Shown: positions 47,699-59,236 of the stretch, one piece after another
How positions within the stretch are numbered: position 1 is the first letter of the stretch
Layout of the letters: each line of letters opens with the position of its first letter
Assembly: GCA_001179505.1 (NCBI GenBank)
Contig: CDMY01000255.1
Location: forward strand, 186,001-250,000
Source of the DNA: Vitrella brassicaformis CCMP3155
Lineage: Eukaryota; Protista; Chromerida
DNA: 64,000 nt
Direction: 5' to 3'
Notes under the pieces: generated by a model
Databases searched by the model: none
What the model saw: the letters and a program-made list of their open reading frames with translations, nothing else
What the model was told of the DNA's origin: nothing
Program-made: the position numbers and the translations under genes

Positions 47699-49553
47699 AT
47701 GACCGAGGAGGGCCGTTCGCCACCAGTAGCTGCCATCGCAAGGCGCGATTCCAGGACTTCCAGACCATCCCTTCTCCGCGAGCGGCTCAACTGGCTCATC
47801 TACGCCCTGTATGTGCGTCATGACTTCGCTGACAGCCTCCGGGTGATAGAGGAGGTGCTCAAGGAGAGCCGGGGCCTTTGTGAGTACGCCATCTTCGTCA
47901 AGGGGCTCAACAAGCGGCTGGAGGGAAGGGTGCACGAGAGCCTGTCGCTGTTCCAGGCGGCAGCGTGCCTCAATCCGCAGGCCCTCAACAACCTCAAGCA
48001 GGTGGCCAAGTCGCTGTATCTGCTGGGCCGCCACCGAGCCGCACTCGACGTGTATGAGGAGGCGCAGAGGATAGAGCCGGAGGACTGGGCCACCTGGCAC
48101 CACAAAGGCCTCTGCCACGTCCACCTCAGGCAGTACAATGAGGCTGTCGTCTGCTTCGAAAAGTAAGCCGAAACAGACCAGAGGCAGGAAAGGGATCGGA
48201 TCTGTGCGGTCATTCATTGCTTCCATTCCATCTGTTCGGTGGTGGTGCTGCCATTCATTCAGTGCGAACTCCATCCATCGGCACGACGCGACGTTCCACC
48301 AGCTGGGTCGTGTGCACGCCCTGCGCGATGACTTTCGGTCGGCCATAGACGTCTACAGCGAGGCGTTGGAGTTCAACCCCGACTCTGCTGATCTGCTGGC
48401 CGTCCTGGGCATCTACTACCTGCGGCTGGGCGACACCGCCAAGGCATTCGAGCACCTCGGCAACGCACTCACCATCGACCCACGCAAGGAGAAAGCCATT
48501 CTAGCCGCAGGATCCATCATACAGGACCACGGAGGTGCGTGGGGAGGGGCGGCAGGCAGAGAGAGGCACTGGTTGCTCAATGGTGTCCTGCGTGTATGTG
48601 TGGTGTGAGTCAGATACCGACGTAGCGTTGCGTAAGTATCGCGTTGCGGCTCAGCAGACGCCCCATTCGGCGCAGCTGTGGAGCAACGTGGGGATGTGTT
48701 TCTTTCACAAGGAGAAGTTCGTGGCGGCAGCGGCGTGCCTCAAGAGGGCCCTCTACCTCGACCCGTTCGAGTGGATCATAGCCCACAACCTGGGGCTAGT
48801 GCACCTCAGGACAGGTGGGCCACGCTCACAGACAGAATGGACACACGCCTGCAGGGAGTTCCGAATCGTTCTCTCACTCTCGCCTCTGTGCGTGAATGCA
48901 GGTCAGTATGCGTCGGCGTTCCACTACCTGTCTGCCTCCATCAACATCAAGGTGTGATGCGGAAAGTGCAGCTGCGTCAGTGGGGCAATGAATGCGTGCC
49001 TGTTGTGCGTGCCATCAGCCGGACTTCCCTCCCTCGTACCACTACCTGGCCATCGCCCTCTCGAAGCTAGACGACTTTGCCAACGCATGCCATGCATTCG
49101 ATAAGGTCAGTGGGTGCCTCAACACTACACACGCACATTCACAGGTGTGGTGGATGGTATGCTTTTCCAGGCCCTGGAGCATGGCCCCGATCTTGCGACA
49201 CTGCTCAACTACGCCATCACCCTGCACCGACATGGCGCGACCGTCGAGGCCAAACAGAAGGTCAGCCCACACACACACACACACACACACACAACCAAGC
49301 GGCTGACACGACACTATCCACGATCTTGCCTGTCCCTTCTTGCGGTTCTATGTGTCAGTTGTCTGCATTCGATGCGGCGTGGGGCGCCCTCGACAGCGGT
49401 ATACGGGCGTCTGAGACGGGCCTGGAGGAGCAGCGCAGCGCCCTGCATGGCAGCTTGTATGGTGTGGAGCCGCCGTCTGTGCCCCATGCCGCGCCCTCGG
49501 CTGCTGTGCCGCCCTCTGCGGGGGACGCTGACCCACCCTCACCAGGGCTCTAG
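47699..49553 (+). CDS. BBS4: Bardet-Biedl syndrome 4 protein (TPR-repeat BBSome subunit)
   Basis: [141 protein letters not shown]. These match remembered BBS4 consensus blocks. Confidence 0.93.
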
Positions 49554-50311
49554 AGGAAGACAGAGGGAGGGAGGCGATAGTGCATTCTGTGTGTATGTCT
49601 GTGACGTGTGTGTACATAGCGTGTGTGTTGACGTATGCGTGGGCGACGGAGGACTGACGGCAGTGCTGGGGCTCATACGACGGACATGTGCCTTTCGCTT
49701 CAACTGTACCTTCGCTCTCCATGCAAGACAGCACCCACACAACCACCCCAACACCTAGTACGTATGCGTCTTTTGCGCCCTTGTTTTTCGAGAGAGGCGT
49801 GCTCTGGAATCGCGCACCTGTGTGCCTGTGGGCGAACCTCAATGTCTATCTGGCGATCCTTCCTATTTCTTTTTCCACATGGCGAGAGTAAGCCTCCGCC
49901 AATGTGAAAAGGCGGCCGGTAGTATGGGTCATGAAGTATACCTCAAGTCCTCTGACTTCTGCCCACAGTCTTCCTTTGGGATTAGCTAGGGCCTGCCGAT
50001 GGCTGCCAAATCCACTGAGATAGAAAGAGACAGACAGACAGAGAAACAGGCAGACAGACAGAGAAACAGGCAGACAGACAGACAGGCAGGCAGACAGGCA
50101 GATTCTGATAGGCAAGTTATGGCTAGTCGCACGGATCTGCTCGTCGCCGTGGACGCTGCCATCAATTGGCTGCCATTTCGATACAGGCAGGTCTGCCAAT
50201 GTGTAAATACATGCAATGTGGGGGCGCCCCCCCCCGTCTCAGCCCGTGCTCCTCAATTCCCGTCGTTGTGCACAGCGACAAGATTCCGGCAGCAGCCTGC
50301 GAGTCAGCACA

Positions 50312-51246
50312 ATGCACTCGTCATTCTTCGTCGTGGTTCTTCTCGCCCTCGTGAGCCAAGACTCTCAAGCTGTGAAGATCACACACGGTGTCGGGGCTGA
50401 CACAGGTGCGAGGACATGCACACGTGCAGGGGCACATGGATGGGCTTTGCAGGCGCTCGAGGCATCATCGATTTGATCCAAAACCCAGACTACCGTCGCT
50501 TCGCGGCACAAAACGTCTCCGATTTCTTCTCGGAGAAGGCAGAGGCAATCTCCGATTTCGTCGGAACCAAGCTTAAGCTGTCGGCCTGCACTGTGATTTT
50601 CGAGCCGGAGGACGTCACTGGAATGCTTCCCGAAGGCGCCACAGAGAAGCATCTCTTTCGGATGGAAGGCAAGCGCTACAGCCACTTGCCGTTCAAGAGC
50701 TGCCCTGCCCCTCACATCTGCGTGGTGACCCACGTCCGTCTGAATTTCCAAGGGAGCTTCCCCACACAGACGGACGGTGACGTACGTTACGCACGTCCTC
50801 ACGCACATACAAACACATCGCCCTTTAATTTGGCCACTTTTAGGGCACCTGCGTCACCTACAAGAAGGGAGAGACGCTCAAGAACTGTCATAGCTTCGGA
50901 AAGCAGTCGGTTGGTGAGCCTGGAGAGCGCTCGTTCATGTCCTACTGCACCCAGAAAGACATGGTGAGCACATCGAGAAACGTGGCTCCATTCATACGTA
51001 CCTGAAGCTGCCTGTTCCGTCGGGTTGTTATTGAAGGATGTCGTGGCGACTTGGGATGGTGGCGATAGCATTTCCAAGGCCGTCTTCTGTGGATACGACG
51101 TTGGTCCGAAAGATTACCAGAGCAAGCAACACAGCCAGCTTGCTGACGCCTGTGCGCACCCTTGTCCCGTGCGTCTGTGCCCCAGAATACCGCTGCTTCT
51201 AATCTTCGCAGTTGAGACATGCAACAGATGCGTTGAGAGACATTAA
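50312..51246 (+). CDS. Small secreted Cys-containing protein of unknown function (3' end uncertain)
   Basis: Signal peptide MHSSFFVVVLLALVSQDSQA. Spliceable exons GARGIIDLIQNPDYRRF..., GTCVTYKKGETLKNCHSFGKQSV and ACSVGLLLKDVVATWDGGDSISKAVFCGY. Confidence 0.55.
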
Positions 51247-51352
51247 TCAACCGACACCAATGTGCATGTCGTCCGTCTCACGAGTCGTCATACACGCACT
51301 GAGACCCTCACGACTGCTGTCTCTGCTCAGTGCGGTTCGTTGGCCGACTGGT

Positions 51353-53008
51353 TCATGTGTGTCGGAAAAGTCGTCTCTTCTTGGCCTGGGCGGCCTTGCG
51401 ACTGAACTCAATTGACCGCTGCACACGCACAGACACACACACATATCCACACAGATTGGGTGGGCGTGCGTGTGGTATGGCTCACTGCATTCAGTTCGTC
51501 AAGCTGTCGCTGCATGTCCTGCTCGGCCGCACTCATCTCGGCCAGTGAGGCTCGTTTGGCGGACAGCTGTGTGGCCGTGCCGCTCGACACACACGCCGAA
51601 GCGCTGCGACTCGAACGCTGCACACACACAACACACACACACACACACACACAAGTGGATGGATGGATGGATGGGAGTACCTCGAGTGCGGTGATTTCTT
51701 TCTCTAGTTGGAGTTTGGCGTTGCGGAGTCTGTCTTGGTTCTTGGTCTGCACGATAAGCTCGGCCTCCACCACACGCACCTCGTCACGCAGCAGGTCGGG
51801 ATCGCTCAACTCGGACGCCGACGGCAACGAACGCGGCTGCAGCAGACGAACAGGAGAAGAGACACACATCCATCTGTTTGTCTCCTTCCGTTGCTTTCTC
51901 TGTCGCTGTCTTCTTACTGTCTTGAAGGACTTGTTCGGGGGAGTGCTCGCCGCCAGCCGCAGCTCGCATGGTGGCCGCCTCGTGCTGCTCCATCTCGCCT
52001 GGCAGCTCCGGCTCGACAATCACCAACGCCGGCAGACGATGAGACACGGCCTGATGGCAGGTAAGCCGATGAATGGATGGATGGATGCTGTGACCTTGCG
52101 TGTCCTCTGTCTGTGGGGGGGGNNNNNNNNNNNNNNNNNNNNNNNNNNNNNNNNNNNNNNNNNNNNNNNNNNNNNNNNNNNNNNNNNNNNNNNNNNNNNN
52201 NNNNNNNNNNNNNNNNNNNNNNNNNNNNNNNNNNNNNNNNNNNNNNNNNNNNNNNNNNNNNNNNNNNNNNNNNNNNNNNNNNNNNNNNNNNNNNNNNNNN
52301 NNNNNNNNNNNNNNNNNNNNNNNNNNNNNNNNNNNNNNNNNNNNNNNNNNNNNNNNNNNNNNNNNNNNNNNNNNNNNNNNNNNNNNNNNNNNNNNNNNNN
52401 NNNNNNNNNNNNNNNNNNNNNNCTGTGGGGGGGGGGGAGGGGTGTGTGCCTTCTTTTCCTCTTGTATGGCCTGCACGTCGAGCGGCGACACCGGCAGATT
52501 CCGCCTAAACACACACACACACACACACACCGAGGACTAACTCATTGAGAGGTGGCCTGTCTGTCTTTCCATCTCTGTCTGTCTGTCTGTCTGCACCTGG
52601 AGATCTCTGCGCCGGCCTTTCGCTCTTCCGGGAGTGTGCGGCCCTGCTGCCTGAGCAGCTCAATCTGTTGGTCCAACTGGCCGCCCTCAGCCCTCAACGT
52701 GTCCAACGCGTCATTGATGGCTGTCAACTTGGACTCCCTCTCTGCACCAAACACAACACAACACAACACAACACACAAGCAGGCAGGCAGGCAGGCAGGC
52801 AAAGTGAGTCAATCGTCGTCGGCAGTGTGCTTTGCCACTGCCCACCTGCACGGAGTTCCTCGTACGGGTGTGGTGTGGGTGCTTCTAGCTCTGCGGCAGG
52901 GGCAGGTGCAGCCAGACCTGTGAGCAGCTGGGGCAACAGCTCGTCGGCACATGAGGAGTGAAGCAGAACGAAGGCAATCAGCACGATGAGGCAACGAGCA
53001 GCCGACAT
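51353..53008 (-). CDS. Secreted coiled-coil protein of unknown function (complete copy)
   Basis: Signal peptide MSAARCLIVLIAFVLLHSSCA. Heptad-rich exons (SKLTAINDALDTLRAEGGQLDQQIELLRQQ; LRNAKLQLEKEITALE; EQDMQRQLDELNA). Last exon RSIEFSRKAAQAKKRRLFRHT*. Confidence 0.7.
52123..52422. other. Assembly gap (300 N) at a poly-G tract; both flanks carry the same sequence
   Basis: The left flank ends ctgtgggggggg and the right flank begins ctgtggggggggggg. Confidence 0.98.
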
Positions 53009-53156
53009 GACGCTTGCTTGATTGTTTGCTTCTCCCTCTGATTCGGTTCTTTGTCGGATCGCTGCCTTTTTACGTATGTTTTGTGTACACATACACAGAC
53101 AGACGGGCGTTGTTGATCGATCGATCGAGCTGGAGACATGGAGTGACTGAGAGGGC

Positions 53157-54211
53157 ATGATGGATAGAGGATTGCAGAGCCCGCTGCGGCCGCAGGATGT
53201 GTTCACCGGCGACCTGTCCATCGCACAGCTCATCGACATGCACTCTAACACGGCACAGAAGTTCGAAAAGAAGCGTCTGTCGATCTTCAAGGAAGAGAAT
53301 CGGCTTCCCCTGGGCACGTAATACCAACGGACAATGCGCGTGTGTCTCCCCGGCTATCTTTCATTTCATGCTGTGTGCTCAGGACATCCTTTCTGTTTGA
53401 GACGTGTTGGGCGCTGGGTGTGAGTGACGCCGTGCGGTACTCAGCCTATCTCGTGCTGAAGCAGGGCGTGGCCGCCCGCCAAGAGATGCCGCGCACAAGT
53501 GGGGCCCTCGAAATCCACTGCCTGGCCGCCATCTCACTCGCCTACAAGTGGCACACGCGCGAAGCCATAGTCAACAACATCAGCAAACACACAAAGGTAG
53601 CTATAACCAACACACACACACAGACGTCACATGTCTCCCTCCCGTCGTGTGTGTGTCTCAGGTTGGCGTGAGTGATGTGTTGTGTGCGGAGAGGGAGATC
53701 ATGAGCACGACAGGAGTCGATCTTCTGCACGACAACGTCATCCTCTCCACCTACCTCGACCTCATGAGCACCGCTCTTTTCGCCAGCATCAAAGAAGACA
53801 CCAATGACGAACTCAAGGTGCTAGACATGCTCGTCATCCATACATGTCTTCCTCCTTGTTAATTTGCGTGGCAGCTCATTCGGGCGACGGCCATGTCCCT
53901 CTCAGACTTGGTAAAACGTGCAACATCTGTTCTCTTACGTTCACCTCATTCGTTGTGTCCATGTATTTTATCTTACACAACAGATGCACGAGAGTGAGGA
54001 GCTGTTTGAGCGCCACCCCTTCCCCCTGCTGGCGGCCGGCTGTCTGCACGGTTCCATGAGCATGGCGTGCCACTCACTCCATGAGCCCGTCGAGGACCTG
54101 TGTCGCATGATGGGTCTTGACAAGCAGCAGCTCGAGGTGATTACAGAGGACGTGCTGAGTACCACACTGCACACACACGGCATCAAACTCATGAGCAGGT
54201 TCCAGTCGTGA
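53157..54211 (+). CDS. Divergent cyclin-fold protein
   Basis: Spliced text FLFETCWALGVSDAVRYSAYLVL...HCLAAISLAYKW...DVLCAEREIM resembles cyclin-box helices 1-5 (LAxK and ExxI). A second box follows (PFPLLAAGCL). Stop at 54209-54211. Confidence 0.55.
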
Positions 54212-54425
54212 CGTCAACCGTGCGTGAGCTTGCTGGACTGACTGATGCATGCATGAATGGGAAGGACTGGATGCATCCACACATGGTCTGCGCGTGCTCC
54301 GCGAGCACACAAACAGAGTATCACCGATTCCACGAGCACCACTCTTGTATGATACACTCATTCAAACACACACACGAGACACACAGTCCATGCAGCCATG
54401 AGCCAGCCCCTTCTCTCGTTCGTCT

Positions 54426-56611
54426 CTAGGGTTGTGCGACCGGCGTCTTGCCCTTGCCCAGCGCTTTGCGCGCCTCGTCTATCCCACGCTCCCAGTTGAC
54501 CTGATCGACACAGCGACACGATACGTCCATGGTTCAGGGTCTGTGTGCGCTGCACACATAAATACCTTGATGTATTCTTCTTCTGTGATGGTCTCCTGCC
54601 CCGCGTAGTAGCGCTCACGCCACTCGCGGGCCAAAATCTCACGACACTTGTCCTCCTCCTACAACACAACACAACACAACACAACACAACGGCACACGAG
54701 CTGGATAACACACACGTGCTGATGTCTTTGTAGGCACCTTCTTCTTTGCGAGCTCCTCCTTCTGCTTGGCGGCCTTCTCAAACAGCTCCCTGAGGACACC
54801 ACACACGCATACGTGTGATTGAGTGGAGTGCGACGACGGGGCGCGTATGGGAGCGTTGTGGCTTCTTTACTGACTTGATTTCCTTTTCCCTTTGTTCCTT
54901 TGAAGCGGTTTGCTCTTCCTCCTGCTCCAGCCTCTTCTGCCGCTCGGCCTCCTTCTCCTTCTGAGCCAAGTAATCCTTTTCGTAGACCTCAAACCCTACA
55001 CATGGACACACACAGACGGATGGACCGACGCCCCTGTGTGGGTGCGTGTGCTGCATGTACCTACCTCCCGCGAACAGTTCTCCCAGTTCGTCTCTTCGAG
55101 ACAGGCCCTTCTGACGCAGTGACCTCAGGTAACTGTCCGCGATCTCGTTGCCAACAGACAGACTAGAGGAACCACAGACAGCCACCAGCCAAGGTGACAA
55201 AAGTCTCCCATGGAGCCATTTGTCTATGTGCTCACCATGTGGCAGTCCCGTGGGCCGCGGGGATGAGCAGGGCCTCGGCGGCCACGCGAATAAACTCACC
55301 CATACCGACCTACAACAGAAACAGCCGGCGAAATGCACTCATGGATGCCGCCTTTTCATCAGTCTCCTCTTTGTCTGCGTACCCCTAGCGCAGCGGTGGT
55401 TCTGAGTGTGTCCTCATCGGTGCATTTGGTCAGCCGTATCGGAGCACCGAGGCCCTCATCCTCACCGTCACTCTGACCGCACACACATCATCCACACATG
55501 GACATCTCCTCTTACCAACGCGTCTCGTTGGCTCACCAGTTTGCCGGCGACGAGAATAGACGCCTTAAACTCGGTCGAGTTGGCCTCCTTGAGGGCGCTC
55601 GCCATGGCTGATTCGATGGACCGCCAGTCGGATGCACCGCCCTCGATGTTCTGGACCACAATCGAAAATAGACAGCCATGTAAAGCATTGCACAAAACCC
55701 GGCGTGTGTTGCGATCTCACCCCAAGTGCAAGCACGACCCTCTGCACCCCAGCTCCCTTTGCAGCCTGACACACAGGCGGGGCTGTAGGTTCATCACGTG
55801 AATTCGCTCATGTGCGTACATCTGTACTCATACCAGGAGGTAGTCATTGAGCTGGCTGATGGGCGGATTGAGAGCAAGCCACACTGTCACATCTGAACGA
55901 CATGAACGAGCCAGATCGACCGATTACGCCCCGTTTGTGAGGTCAGCAAGTCACTCACCCTGCAGGTTTTGTTTAATCTGTGCCAAGTTGGTGGGGTCAC
56001 CCTCCTCATAAGTCAACACACTCAGCAACCCGCTGTACCGAGCTACCCTGGACACACAGAACAGACAGCTCGTGTCCATTCCGTTTTGTGCCACTGTGGT
56101 GTGTTCTGACCTTGATGTGAGGTATTTCCTGGCAGCGGTTTTGATCTCAGGCGGCAGCAGCATGGCGATGGGCTGCCACATGCGCTGCTCGTGCAAGGCA
56201 TCCAGCGGCCGCTGATCAGTCCTCTCCATCGTCGCATCCAAACCTACACAATCGCACAGTCAGAGCGCCATGAGTGCCCTGCATCCATGGCGCAAGTGAG
56301 CCATCTCATCTCTGCTTCTCACCTGTAACGAGTGCCTTGCCGCCCTCAAGCTTTGCTGGCGCAAGATACCGACGCGTCAGCTGCCCCCTTCCGCCCACAT
56401 CTGGTCTGAGAAATGATGGCCTCAGCTGAGCCGACTCAGACGAAAGCGGTGAGGGATCTCGTGCATGGTGCCTCCGCAGTGGCGACTGAAAGGGAGGTGA
56501 GGGGACGAGAAAGGCTGCGGTGGCCGACAGCATGAGAGATAGGGGCAGCAGATGCATGGCCGAGCTCATCTCTATCATTGCCATGCTGGCGCCAACTGAT
56601 GAGTGAAGCAC
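54426..56611 (-). CDS. Putative plastid-targeted protein of unknown function (start 56611, or 56557)
   Basis: Bipartite leader MHLLPLSLMLSATA-AF-LVPSPP followed by an S/R/P-rich transit-like segment. About 10 spliceable exons, a charged coiled coil (QKEKEAERQKRLEQEEE) and a C-terminus REWRERYYAGQETITEEEYIKVNWERGIDEARKALG...QP*. Confidence 0.65.
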
Positions 56612-56827
56612 GTGATCTGCCTATGTCAAGCAGCGACGAAGCACCATCATCAGCAAATAGACAGATCCCTCTGCGCAGATCTTGGAAAGCGCGCACTGAC
56701 TCGCCGCTTAGCTCGCGTTGCTTTCGGCAAAGACAAGGGAAAAAAGGCGGCGGCTGTCCTTCCCCAGCATCGCAAAAACAAAGATCACTGCGTTCCTTCG
56801 CTCATCTATCGATTCAACTGAGTCTTG
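56612..56827. promoter_or_regulatory. Putative bidirectional promoter between two plastid-targeted genes
   Basis: Divergent starts at 56611/56557 (-) and 56828 (+). Confidence 0.45.
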
Positions 56828-58586
56828 ATGCAGCTGCCGGCTCTCCTTGGAGGTGAGGAGGGGCGCTCACTGCACGCAGATGCGGGAGCGGAATGCACGC
56901 GAGAGATCCGCTCACCGCTGCATCTGGTTGGCATGTGTGTCGTTGCAGGCGTGATGTCCCTGGTGGTCAGCACTGTCGCTTTCGTCCCCCAGCCAACCTT
57001 TGTGCTGCAGACGGCACAACCAATAAGGTGCGTATGCACCTTTCCAAACACCAGCAATGTGCAGAGCCTTCATCTCCGTGTGTATTTCACGCGTCATGCT
57101 CAGGCCGAGGTTGCGGTCTACTCAAGTCACCATGATGGCTGACAACCTTGTGGACAGGTAGCGGCAAACTGCACAATCAAGGCGGCTCTGACGTCCTGGC
57201 CTCACTTGCATTGCCTGTGCGGTGCGGTGCGTGTGTTCAGGTTCTTTCGTGTGGTCAAGTCGAATGTCGGTGCGGTCATCTCCAAATTCGAGGACCCTGA
57301 GAAAGTCCTCGAACAAGCCGTCATTGGTGAGCCAGTCAGCTTCCACAACACCAAGCAGATAGAAGAACACAGAGCATCAGCCGACCGTTGGCGTGTCTGA
57401 CCTCATGCAGACATGAACGAGGATTTGCGTAAGGTGCGACAGTCGTACGCCGAGATCACTGCAACACAGAAGCGAGTCGAGCGACAGAGAAACGTAGGAG
57501 CCAAAGACAGACACGTGGAATCTCAGCCATTGATGAGCTGCGTGTGTGGCTTTGCAAATGCAGGCTGCGGCGGACCAGGCAGCCGAGTGGATGCGACGAG
57601 CACAGCTGGCTGTCGAGAAGGTGAGGGAACCACCACACCGACCAGGTGACCGCACGTAGTGCATTCCCGCATTTGTGTGCGGTAGGGTGAGGAGGATCTC
57701 GCTCGCGAGGCGTTGCAGCGGAAGGTGACTCTGTCTGACCAAGTCAAGACACTCGAGGAGCAAATGAGGGTAGGCAAACCGAGATCGAATGGGGGGCATG
57801 GACGCAGGTCATGATGTGTGTGCCTTTGTTTGTATGTGTGTATCAGCTGCAAGGCGAAGCTTTGGAGCAGCTGCAGGCCTCCATGAGGACTCTGGAAATG
57901 AAGATCAATGAAGCACGGGTACACACATGCCATTCGCAGAAAGAGACGGTCTCGCCGCGTGTATTCGATGGTTCCTTGTCTTGTGTTCGCGCCCATCCAC
58001 CATCAGTCGAAGAAGGATCAGTTGATAGCCCGCGCCCGCACGGCCAAGACGGCCCAGCAAGTCACTGACATGCTCTCGGGCATGGGACTCGGCAAAACAA
58101 GGTAGGTACGACACGCGGGGATGGATTGAGCAAATAGCCACCATATTCTCGTCTTGACGTGTTGCTTGCTGCTCGTGTATGTGTGCAGCATGGATGCGTT
58201 TGAGCGGATGCAGGAGAAGGTCGAGACCCTCGAGTCGAAAGCAGAGGTGTCACGACAAATGTCACTCTCATCCGGAACGTACGGACGCGCGCACCCATAG
58301 CCATGACGTGCTGCACCATCACATCGCCCATGGCTGTCCTGTGTGTGTGGTCAGTGTTGAGGACAAGTTCAAGTCTCTGGAGGAGGGCTCGGGTGTGGAC
58401 GCTGAGCTGCAGAAACTCAAGGCATCCATGGGCAAAACATCAAAGGAACCCGCACAGGTTCCCAGCAATCACCACACTGACACACAGGCGGGCCCATGTT
58501 GTGTGTATGTTATGTATGTGCAGCTCAAGTTCGCCAGCCCCGAGGTGGAGGCCGAGCTGGCGCAGATCAAGAACAAGATGCAGTGA
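56828..58586 (+). CDS. VIPP1: VIPP1/IM30 (PspA family), plastid-targeted
   Basis: Leader MQLPALLGGVMSLVVSTVA-F plus a transit peptide, then NLVDRFFRVVKSN, EDPEKVLEQAVIDMNEDL, EWMRRAQLAVEKGEEDLAREAL, KKDQLIARARTAK, AFERMQEKVETLE, VEDKFKSLE, VDAELQKLK, and the VIPP1-type extra C-terminal helix EVEAELAQIKNKMQ*. Confidence 0.93.
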
Positions 58587-58942
58587 ACCACACCACACAC
58601 ATTTTTGACCTGTCCATGGACACCGTGTGTGCGCACGAGAGAGAGCGAGAGCGAGGGGAGGGGCGGCCAATCGCTGACTCACCCACCACTGATAGCATCT
58701 TCTCTTCTCCCTTCGAGCGGAGTTTTTGTCGATCCTGATGTGTTGGGTGGTGTGTGGTGGGGTGTGTGTCTGTCTTGTGTACAAAGGAAGCACGAGTTTC
58801 ATTCCTGGCTGCACCACCGCGGCCTTCATCGAGGACCGCCCCCCCTGCCGACTTTTCTGTATCATTGCCAAATGAAGAGACAGCCGTAGCTAGAGACAGA
58901 CACATGCATGCTTGTGAGTGAGAGATGGGATGGTTTTTCGGT

Positions 58943-58975
58943 GCATGGCATGGCATGGCATGGCATGGCATGGCA
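58943..58975. repeat. (GCATG)6 pentanucleotide microsatellite
   Basis: Directly visible. Confidence 0.9.
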
Positions 58976-59236
58976 GACGACACAAATGTGATGCGTGACT
59001 GCCTGTCTAGATGAAGGCCTTATGCTTACCGTGCTCCTTCTCAGCCGATCGGTAACACATCATTCCAGAATGTACAAAGGAGTCGTTTGTGTCGTCTTTC
59101 TCTTCATGAGCACCATCTAGCCACACTAAAACAGAGGAAAAGCGACAAACAGCCACCACTCATCCATACCGCGGAAACACACCATCCATCCATCCGTCCA
59201 TCCATACATCCATCCATCCGTCTCTCATTCATCCAC

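Noticed and set aside
56853-56948. Alternative VIPP1 start at MCVVAG (56933)
   Set aside because: It lies within a canonical 96-nt intron. Splicing gives the cleaner leader MQLPALLGGVMSLVVSTVAF.
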